Source of the DNA: a bacterium HR20
Lineage (GTDB): Bacteria > Bacteroidota > Ignavibacteria > Kapaibacteriales > NICIL-2
Assembly: GCA_002898675.1 (NCBI GenBank)
Contig: BEHW01000001.1
Location: 1-50,341, forward strand
Direction of reading: 5' to 3'
DNA: 50,341 nucleotides
Shown: positions 34,833 through 42,098 of the stretch, piece by piece
How the letters are laid out: each line of letters opens with the position of its first letter
How positions within the stretch are numbered: the first letter of the stretch is position 1
Program-made: the position numbers and the translations under genes
Notes under the pieces: generated by a model
Databases searched by the model: none
Seen by the model: only the letters and a program-made list of their open reading frames with translations
What the model was told of the DNA's origin: nothing

Positions 34833-36317
34833 ATGGAACCGCTCAACCACACGATTTTGGTCATTGACGACGATCGCCTCGTCGGCGAGGCAATTGTCCA
34901 TGCGCTGTCGGGGCACTACGCCAGCGTGGTCCACATTCCCGATCCCCAGCGTGCACTCGAAGAGTTCGAGAGCATCGCGCCGGACGTCGTGCTGCTGGAC
35001 ATCTACTTGGGCAAACTCAACGGTATCGAGCTGCTCGAACATCTCCGCCGCGAGGGCGTCAAGGTCCCCGTGATCGTGATGACCGGCTTCGGGGACATCA
35101 AGACCGCGATCCGCGCAATGAAAGCCGGCGCCGAAGATTTCATCGCAAAACCAGTGGACTTAGAGCAGCTCGACGTTGTGATTGCGCGCGCGCTCCAGCA
35201 CGACGCGATGCGACGGCAGGTGGAAGTCCTCGAAAAAGAGCTGGCACGCTACACAACCAGCAACATCATCGGCTCGAGCGAAGCGCTCCGGAAGGCACTC
35301 GAAATTGCGAGCATCATCGCGAAAGCGCCCGATACGACTGCGCTCATTCTCGGCGAATCAGGGACGGGGAAAGAAGTCATCGCACGCTTCATCCACCAGC
35401 AATCAGCACGTGCAAAAGGGCCGTTTGTAACGGTCAACTGCGGCGCGATTCCGCGCGAACTCGCCGAAAGCGAGCTATTCGGCTATGAACGTGGTGCCTT
35501 CACCGGCGCAACCGACAAAGTTCGCCAAGGTCGCTTCGAACAAGCGCACCGCGGTACCATTCTACTCGACGAGGTCGGCGAACTCAGCCCCGAAATGCAA
35601 GTCAAGCTGCTCCGTGTGCTCCAGGAGCGGCGCTTCTACCGCCTCGGTGGCTCCAAAGAAATCACCGTGGATGTCCGCGTCATCGCTGCAACCAATCGCG
35701 ACTTAGAAAAGCTCGTCGAAGAAGGCAAATTCCGCGAGGACCTCTACTATCGGCTCAACGTCGCGACGATTTACTTGCCTCCGCTGCGCGAACGTAAGGA
35801 AGACATCCCGCTCCTTGCTGCCGCATTCATCAAGGAGTTCAACGCCAAGTTCGGCAAAGCCGTCGAGGGGTTCGAACCGCAAGCTGCTGAGCTTTTGCTC
35901 CAGTACCACTGGAAAGGCAACGTCCGCGAACTGCGGAACGTCATCGAGCGTGTGGTGCTCCTCAGCAGTGGACCGCTCATTACGCGCGACCAACTTGCAT
36001 TTCTGCGGATGGATGCTCCACCACCGACCAAAGGCGTTGCCATCCGCCCGAGCCTTGCGCCAGGGGAATACCAGCTGGCACTTTCCGACCGCGGTGCACC
36101 GTTCGATTCGATCGTCCGCGAACTCCTTGCCCAGGCGCTTGCGCTCGGTGGTGGCGACCATACGGCTGCGGCTCGGTTGCTCAGCCTTGAGCCCGCGCGG
36201 TTCGAGGAGCTGCTGGCAACCTACGACCTTGCCGAGCCACAGTCGCACGCTGCCAGCTCGAAACGCTCCGCTCGGAAAAGCAATGCTGCACAGAAGAAAA
36301 CCCACGCCAAGCGCTAA
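34833..36317 (+). CDS. Sigma-54-dependent response regulator (NtrC family: REC + AAA+ + Fis-type HTH)
   Basis: ATG 34833 inside ORF 34095..36317. REC domain (ILVIDDD...VVLLDIYL...VIVMTGFG), Walker A GESGTGKE, GAFTGA loop (ERGAFTGA), Walker B LLDEVGE, R-finger and C-terminal HTH. No histidine kinase is adjacent. Confidence 0.92.
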   Translation: MEPLNHTILVIDDDRLVGEAIVHALSGHYASVVHIPDPQRALEEFESIAPDVVLLDIYLGKLNGIELLEHLRREGVKVPVIVMTGFGDIKTAIRAMKAGAEDFIAKPVDLEQLDVVIARALQHDAMRRQVEVLEKELARYTTSNIIGSSEALRKALEIASIIAKAPDTTALILGESGTGKEVIARFIHQQSARAKGPFVTVNCGAIPRELAESELFGYERGAFTGATDKVRQGRFEQAHRGTILLDEVGELSPEMQVKLLRVLQERRFYRLGGSKEITVDVRVIAATNRDLEKLVEEGKFREDLYYRLNVATIYLPPLRERKEDIPLLAAAFIKEFNAKFGKAVEGFEPQAAELLLQYHWKGNVRELRNVIERVVLLSSGPLITRDQLAFLRMDAPPPTKGVAIRPSLAPGEYQLALSDRGAPFDSIVRELLAQALALGGGDHTAAARLLSLEPARFEELLATYDLAEPQSHAASSKRSARKSNAAQKKTHAKR

Positions 36318-36378
36318 ATCGAGCGCAGGGAGCAGGCCTTGCATTCGTGAACGGTGACGACACTGGCCAACACCGACG

Positions 36379-37680
36379 ATGCCGAACAACGTACGTCCCC
36401 CACTTGCTGAGCGCATGCGTCCACGCCGATGGAGCGAGCTTGTCGGCCAGCAGGAGCTTGTCGGCCCTGGCGGCATACTGACGCAGATGCTTCGCAGTGG
36501 GAGTATCGCTTCGATGATCCTCTGGGGACCTCCTGGTGTGGGCAAAACAACCATCGCTCGGCTGCTTTCGGAAGAGAGCCACCGCCAGTTCTACCGCATC
36601 GCAGCGACCGCCAGCGGTGTCGGCGAAGTCCGGCAGATCCTCGCGGAAGCTGAGCGCGGTCTCTTCTCGAGCGCAGGTGCGCCGATTGTGTTCATTGACG
36701 AAATCCATCGCTTCAACAAAGCACAGCAGGATGCACTGCTCGACGCTGTCGAGCGCGGGACGATCATCCTCATCGGCGCAACGACGGAGAACCCATCGTT
36801 CGAAATCGTCCCGCCGCTCCTGTCCCGCGTCCAGGTCTTCACGCTCACGCATCTTGGCCGCGACGAGCTGCTGGCGTTGCTCGAGCGCGCAATAACGACC
36901 GACGACGTTCTCCGCACGCGTACGATCGTGCTCGCGCAAACCGACGCACTGCTTGCCTACAGCGGCGGCGATGCACGCAAACTCCTCAACGCACTCGAAG
37001 CCATCGTCGAGCAACACCCAGACGATCCGCTCACGATCACCGATGCACTGGTGCGGAGCCTGCTTCAGCAGCGCACCCTCTACGACAAGCATGGCCAGAT
37101 GCACTACGATGTCGCCAGCGCGTTCATCAAGTCCATTCGCGGTTCCGATCCTGACGCAGCACTATACTGGCTTGCAGTCATGCTCGAGGGCGGCGAGGAT
37201 CCGCTCTTCATTGCGCGACGGCTGGTGATTGCTGCAGCCGAGGATATCGGCCTTGCGAACCCCGACGCGCTCCCCCTTGCAGTCGCGTGCTTCCACGCTG
37301 CCGAACGCATCGGCATGCCCGAGGCACGAATTGTTCTGGCGGAGACGGCGATCTACTTGGCGCTCTCTCCCAAGAGCAATACAGCGTACATGGCGATCGA
37401 ACGTGCGCTCGACCACATCCGACGCCATGGCGCGGGCGCAGTGCCGCTCCATCTCCGGAATGCCCCTACACCGCTCATGAGCGAGCTTGGCTACGCGCAG
37501 GGTTATCGCTACCCGCATGCATTCCCCGGCCACTGGGTCGAGCAGCAGTACCTTCCCGATGGTCTCGAAAACGTGCGCTTCTACGTGCCCAGCACCAGTG
37601 GGATCGAACCTACTCTCGGCGCCTGGAAATCTGCATCAATCGAGCCGGATACACCCGATTCACCACCGCACCAGCCGTAG
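36379..37680 (+). CDS. rarA: Replication-associated recombination protein A (AAA+ ATPase)
   Basis: ATG 36379. LAERMRP, ILWGPPGVGKTTIARL, IVFIDEIHRFNKAQQDALL, GATTENPSFE and the MgsA C-terminal domain (YDKHGQMHYDVASAFIKSIRGSDPDAALYWL). Confidence 0.93.
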   Translation: MPNNVRPPLAERMRPRRWSELVGQQELVGPGGILTQMLRSGSIASMILWGPPGVGKTTIARLLSEESHRQFYRIAATASGVGEVRQILAEAERGLFSSAGAPIVFIDEIHRFNKAQQDALLDAVERGTIILIGATTENPSFEIVPPLLSRVQVFTLTHLGRDELLALLERAITTDDVLRTRTIVLAQTDALLAYSGGDARKLLNALEAIVEQHPDDPLTITDALVRSLLQQRTLYDKHGQMHYDVASAFIKSIRGSDPDAALYWLAVMLEGGEDPLFIARRLVIAAAEDIGLANPDALPLAVACFHAAERIGMPEARIVLAETAIYLALSPKSNTAYMAIERALDHIRRHGAGAVPLHLRNAPTPLMSELGYAQGYRYPHAFPGHWVEQQYLPDGLENVRFYVPSTSGIEPTLGAWKSASIEPDTPDSPPHQP

Positions 37681-40600
37681 CCGCGCAAGGGATTGCCCGC
37701 TCCGAACAAGGACAAGGTACGTACCGCGCGCTATACCCTGCAAATCCAGCCGCACCTGCGCGTGCGAGCTACTCCCATCGAACGCCCAGCGCTGGAGCAC
37801 TAACCGGCCGTAGAGGTCGTAGAGTTCAACCGAAGATGGCAGCATACTCTCGATGCGGACGAGCACTTCGTCCTCGGCGGGATTCGGCTCGAGTGTGACC
37901 CACGACCGTACCCGATCATCGGGGACACTCACGATCGCGCTGTAGTCTTGGCGTTCCGCCGAGCAGCCGTTTGCATCAGTGATGCGAACTCCGTACTGCC
38001 CACTTTCAGTGATCTCGAGCGCTTGGTCGGTTGCGCCAGCAATTGGCACGCCATTGCGGTACCATTGGTACTGCACACCCTCAACGCTACACCGCAAGCG
38101 ATTTCCTTCGCGGATGATCTCCGGCGTTGGCGGGGGATCGAAGAACCGAACCCGCACTGGCGCAGATGAGCCGCTGCACCCTGCCGCAGTCACAACGCTG
38201 ACGACGTATTCACCCGGCTCAGTGACGGCGATTCGGCGGGTCGAGTCGCCTGTATTCCACGCGTACGTGGTATAGCCAGGGCCTGCATCGAGCTCGATCG
38301 TATCGCCAGCGCACGCCTCGAACCGGCCAGTGCTCGATGTCACGCTTGGGCGAACTACCGAGTCACGTGTGATCGTGACGCTATCGCTTGTGTTGCTACA
38401 GCCTTGCGCTGTGGTACAAATGCACCAGTAACGTCCCGGCTGGCTAATTGTGATGCTGCGCGTTGTTTGAGCGGTGTTCCACAGGTAGCTTGCATAACCA
38501 TCGCCTGCGTCGAGTGTGGTAGTTTGGTTGCCACATAACGTGGTCGAGCCGAGAACACTCACGCGGGGTCTGGGCTTCGGATGCACGGAGACAACGAATT
38601 GCTCCGACTGCGTGCGGCAGCCATTGGTATCAATGACCAGTACGGCGTAGGAGCCGCTGGTGCGAATGACGCGCCGATTTCCTGTTGCATTGCTCCCATC
38701 GAGCCAGAAGAATGCTGCCCCAGGCGTGGATGTCGCCAGCAAGACGACGCTATCGCCCTCGCAGAAGGTCAATCTGCCGAATACCTGCATCGTCAGTGGT
38801 GGCTTGGGCCATCGAACTAATCGGATCGTATCGGAAAAGCTCGAGCAGCCATTGGCATCGGTGACGGTAACCAGGTAGTTCCCCCCAGAGCGGACGGTGA
38901 TCTGCTGCGAAGTGGCACCAGAACTCCACCGGTAGGAGGCATAACCGCTTGGGGCTTGGAGCACAACGGAGTCACCCTCGCAGAATGGGTTGCGTCCCGT
39001 GATGGAAACTGAGGGCACCGGAGGTCGTGCGAGGATTGAGCACTGCACCACCGCAGAAGCAGTCGAACAGCCGGCTGCACTGGTAACGAGTACCTGCAAG
39101 GAATACGTGCCCACAGTACGGAGGACGATGCGTTGGGTGGTATCGCCGGTGTTCCACTGGTACCGGGCGATGCCATTGCCACTTGCAGTGGCGACGATCG
39201 AATCACCCTCGCAGACTTGCTGTGCTGAAAGAGAAACGAGAACGCTCGGTCGTGGGTTGACCGTAATGGTCACTTGCGCAGAGTCCGCGAGCGTCCCGCT
39301 GGAGACAACCAGCCGCACGGTGAACTGTCCGGGGTTGGGGAAAGTGACAGTCAGTGCTGAATCGGTTGCCGTTGCCGGGTTGCCACCGCTTATCGTCCAC
39401 TGCCGCGTAGCAACTTGCCCGCTGGATACATCAGCCAAGCGCACTGTATCCCCCGCGCAGAGCGTCGTGCGCGATGCCCAGATTCCTGCCGTGAGCGTTT
39501 GATTGAGCAAGGCTCCTTGCCAGATGCCCCGTCCATACGTTGCTGCGTAGATGCGATTTGTGGCAGTATCGAGTTCGAGGTCGCGGACGATCACGTTCGG
39601 AAGGCCGTCGTCCCATATCGTCCACTGCGCGGCAGCGGGTGTGCGGAGGTAAACGCCGATGTCGGTGCCGACGTACGCATTGCCATTGCGCGGATCGAGC
39701 GCAATGCAGTTGACAGGAACGTTCGGCAGTCCACTGCTGACGTTCGTCCAGGTCGAGCCGCCATCGGTTGAGCGGAATACTTTTTGCCCACTTGCCCAGT
39801 TGCTGCACGTTGCCCAGAGCACTGCGGGGTTAGTCGGATCAATCGCCACGTTGCTAATGCTTGCAGGCAAACTGCCTGCGATACTTGTCCAGTTTGTGCC
39901 ACCATCGGTGGTGCGGAACATTGTCGAGCGTGTACCGACGACGATGACATCGGTGTTCGACGGTGCAACGGCAAGGTACGTAGCGCGAGCATTCGTCGCC
40001 AGCGGTGCTCCGAGCGAAGTCCAGTTCGAACCACGATTTGTCGAGCGATAGACCGTTCGATACGCCACATAGAGGAGCTGTGGGTTCGATGGATGCATGA
40101 CGAACGGTGTGACCCACGCGCCGTTGCCGCCTTCGTTCGATGGTGCTATTGCAGACCACGACGACCCGCTATTGGTCGAGCGGTAGAACGAGCCGTAGTA
40201 AATCGAGCAGTACATCGTCGAGGGTGTCACCCAATCAATGGCATTCTCCATGCCATCGCCGCCATAGACTTGCGCCCAGCTGCCGCTACTGGTGCGTCGG
40301 TTGGTTCCGTTGTCTTGCGTCCCAGCAAGGATCACCGGCGTAGTGCTGCCCCGCTGGTGGCTCATACGGTACACCTGCAAAATGGCAAGTCCACTGCTGA
40401 GATCCTGCCACGAGCTCCCTGCGTTTGTCGTGCGGAAGACTCCTCCATCGTTGCCGACCCAGAGCTCGGTCGTGCCGGGGCGGAAGAGCATCGTGTGCTG
40501 ATCGGCGTGGACGTAAGGGATCGTCTGCGAAGAAGACCAGTAGCTGACAATCGTCCAGCCTTGGCCTGCGTTGTCCGAACGCCAGACGTTGATGCCGCCA

Positions 40601-41793
40601 GCGAAGAGCACCAGCGAATCCTGAGGATGCACCGCCAGACAGAGGTCATACCAACCTTGGCCGCCAGTGCTTGTGCCGCTGGTATTGCTTCCCAGAATGT
40701 TCGGCGTGGCTGATTGTTGGGACCACGTCGAGCCAGTATCCAAGCTCAGGTAGAGCCCGTAAAAGCCGCTGTTGGAGCTGTTCGAACAGAGCGCATAGAC
40801 ACGGCGTGGCGCCGTCGGCGCCAATGCCAGCGCGATGCGGTTGACGCTGGTGCTTGACCAGACGCTCGACCACGAAACCCCACCATCGAGCGAGCGGAGA
40901 ATTGCTGCGCCGCCCGACTGGGAATACGTCGAGGCAAAGACAATTGCCGGATTGGTCGGATGGAGCCGCAGCTCCATCGTGTAGCTCGTCGTCCGTTGGG
41001 ACCAGGTTTGTCCTCCATCGGTCGAGCGCCAAATTCCGTTGCTGGTGGCCGCAAGCAACGTTGAGGTGCTTCCGGGGAAGATGACAATGTCGCAGACGAC
41101 ACGATTCTGTGGTGTCGTCCAGTTGAGTCCGGTTGCATTCCACGTTGCACCGCCATCGGTGCTTTTGAGAATCCCAACGCCGTAGGTATCGCGTGCATCG
41201 CGGTCGCCGGTGCCGATGTAGATCACTTGCGGATTCGATGGGTCAATCGCTATTGCGCTGACCCCGAGCGTAGCGAGAGTGTCAGTGGAACTTGACCAGG
41301 AGGAGCCGCCATCGGTGCTCTTCCAGAGACCGCCGCTCGGTGCTCCAACGAAGACGATGTTGGTATTGGTCGGGTGGAACGCAATGCAGTTGATGCGTCC
41401 AGCACCGCCATTGGTGGGAATGCTGGTGGGTCCGAGATGTGTAAAGTTCGCCGAAGATTGCAGCCGTGTGCCTTTCTGCTGCTTCCGCTGGCGTTGCTGC
41501 GCGATCTTAGCGGAGAGCTCCTGCCAGAGGATCTCGCCGCTGGGGAAGCTGCCATCGGGCATGAGTCGAAGCTGCCAGAAGTCTGCCCACCGTCCAAAGT
41601 GAACGCCATCTTCCTCGCCTTCCTCGCGCTCGTCTTCTTCGACTGAGAGAGGTTCCTTCCGTTGGCGCTCGAAGGCGCGTTCGATCTCGGCGTAGCGAGC
41701 ATTCGGATCACGCAGAAGTTCGTGCCATTGGGGTTGCTGCGCGCCGAGCACCACCCCACAGGTAAGCAGAAGGACTACGCGGTGCCAAACCAT
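37660..41793 (-). CDS. Giant secreted BNR/Asp-box (sortilin/VPS10- or GH74-like propeller) protein with PKD and Ig-like repeats and T9SS C-terminal domain
   Basis: ATG 41793..41791 inside ORF 37660..42003. Signal peptide MVWHRVVLLLTCGVVLGAQ. Eleven S/T-x-D/N-x-G-x-x-W Asp-boxes (STDGGSSW, STDGGATW, STDGGQTW, SLDGGVSW ... STDGGSTW). One PKD-like domain and about 7 Cys-bracketed Ig-like modules. C-terminal LEPNPAEDEVLVRIES...VELYDLYGRLV...GTYLVLVRSGQSLARLRLVRW is a T9SS CTD. Confidence 0.88.
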   Translation of the reverse strand: MVWHRVVLLLTCGVVLGAQQPQWHELLRDPNARYAEIERAFERQRKEPLSVEEDEREEGEEDGVHFGRWADFWQLRLMPDGSFPSGEILWQELSAKIAQQRQRKQQKGTRLQSSANFTHLGPTSIPTNGGAGRINCIAFHPTNTNIVFVGAPSGGLWKSTDGGSSWSSSTDTLATLGVSAIAIDPSNPQVIYIGTGDRDARDTYGVGILKSTDGGATWNATGLNWTTPQNRVVCDIVIFPGSTSTLLAATSNGIWRSTDGGQTWSQRTTSYTMELRLHPTNPAIVFASTYSQSGGAAILRSLDGGVSWSSVWSSTSVNRIALALAPTAPRRVYALCSNSSNSGFYGLYLSLDTGSTWSQQSATPNILGSNTSGTSTGGQGWYDLCLAVHPQDSLVLFAGGINVWRSDNAGQGWTIVSYWSSSQTIPYVHADQHTMLFRPGTTELWVGNDGGVFRTTNAGSSWQDLSSGLAILQVYRMSHQRGSTTPVILAGTQDNGTNRRTSSGSWAQVYGGDGMENAIDWVTPSTMYCSIYYGSFYRSTNSGSSWSAIAPSNEGGNGAWVTPFVMHPSNPQLLYVAYRTVYRSTNRGSNWTSLGAPLATNARATYLAVAPSNTDVIVVGTRSTMFRTTDGGTNWTSIAGSLPASISNVAIDPTNPAVLWATCSNWASGQKVFRSTDGGSTWTNVSSGLPNVPVNCIALDPRNGNAYVGTDIGVYLRTPAAAQWTIWDDGLPNVIVRDLELDTATNRIYAATYGRGIWQGALLNQTLTAGIWASRTTLCAGDTVRLADVSSGQVATRQWTISGGNPATATDSALTVTFPNPGQFTVRLVVSSGTLADSAQVTITVNPRPSVLVSLSAQQVCEGDSIVATASGNGIARYQWNTGDTTQRIVLRTVGTYSLQVLVTSAAGCSTASAVVQCSILARPPVPSVSITGRNPFCEGDSVVLQAPSGYASYRWSSGATSQQITVRSGGNYLVTVTDANGCSSFSDTIRLVRWPKPPLTMQVFGRLTFCEGDSVVLLATSTPGAAFFWLDGSNATGNRRVIRTSGSYAVLVIDTNGCRTQSEQFVVSVHPKPRPRVSVLGSTTLCGNQTTTLDAGDGYASYLWNTAQTTRSITISQPGRYWCICTTAQGCSNTSDSVTITRDSVVRPSVTSSTGRFEACAGDTIELDAGPGYTTYAWNTGDSTRRIAVTEPGEYVVSVVTAAGCSGSSAPVRVRFFDPPPTPEIIREGNRLRCSVEGVQYQWYRNGVPIAGATDQALEITESGQYGVRITDANGCSAERQDYSAIVSVPDDRVRSWVTLEPNPAEDEVLVRIESMLPSSVELYDLYGRLVLQRWAFDGSSSHAQVRLDLQGIARGTYLVLVRSGQSLARLRLVRW
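37921..39240 (-). repeat. Protein-level tandem array of ~7 Cys-bracketed Ig-like modules (~75-80 aa each) inside the giant T9SS protein
   Basis: Recurrent pattern C-x-G-D-S/T-(V/I)-x-L-x-A-x-x-G-Y-x-x-Y-x-W-x-x-G-x-T-x-x-x-I-x-V-x-x-x-G-x-Y-x-V-x-V-x-x-x-x-G-C-S, seen six to seven times. Coordinates are estimated from residue counts. The DNA copies are diverged. Confidence 0.7.
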
Positions 41794-41838
41794 CGCCGTG
41801 CTCCAGGATTGCTGTACTTTGAAGGAAATTACGAACAA

Positions 41839-41854
41839 ATTGTTTGCAAACAAT
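41839..41854. promoter_or_regulatory. Perfect 16-bp palindrome ATTGTTTGCAAACAAT (TTGTT-N4-AACAA core), candidate Crp/Fnr-type operator
   Basis: Read directly from the sequence. It lies 46-61 nt upstream of the ATG of the giant T9SS gene, in a 305-bp intergenic region. The 5-4-5 geometry matches Crp/Fnr sites (TTGAT-N4-ATCAA) with one change per half-site. Confidence 0.35.
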
Positions 41855-41897
41855 CGCTGCCGCGAACACCAACGAAACGTTGCTTCTCCCTTCCTCC

Positions 41898-41913
41898 AGC
41901 GAAATTGGTGCCA
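41898..41913 (-). promoter_or_regulatory. Candidate sigma-54 (-24/-12) promoter TGGCACCAATTTCGCT
   Basis: The minus-strand read gives TGGCAC-N5-TCGCT. GG and GC have the canonical 12-nt register, with one mismatch to TTGCW. It is oriented toward the giant T9SS gene (ATG 41793). About one such match per 50-kb window is expected by chance, and far fewer in intergenic DNA. Confidence 0.3.
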
Positions 41914-42098
41914 GTGCCGTTCGCTCCCGCAGCAGGGCATGCCCCGAGTGCCCGCTGACGTGATGCCAGCCACCGGTAGCACTCGGAAGGAGAGGAAGTT
42001 CACTCCAGCAACATGCCGGCAGCGACACGGTGTCCTCGTTTGACGGTGAAGTAGTTTTGCTGGCCTTTGCTGGACAGTGAGATTTTCAGACTCAGGCT

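Noticed and set aside
41794-42098. c-di-AMP (ydaO/kimA-type) riboswitch in the long leader upstream of kup
   Set aside because: I looked for the conserved pseudo-symmetric cores (GGGGACCCA / GGGGUGAAUC / CCCGAACCCGACAGCUAACC) on the plus strand and found nothing similar. Only generic GC-rich hairpins are present, for example 41930..41957. An Infernal scan would settle it.
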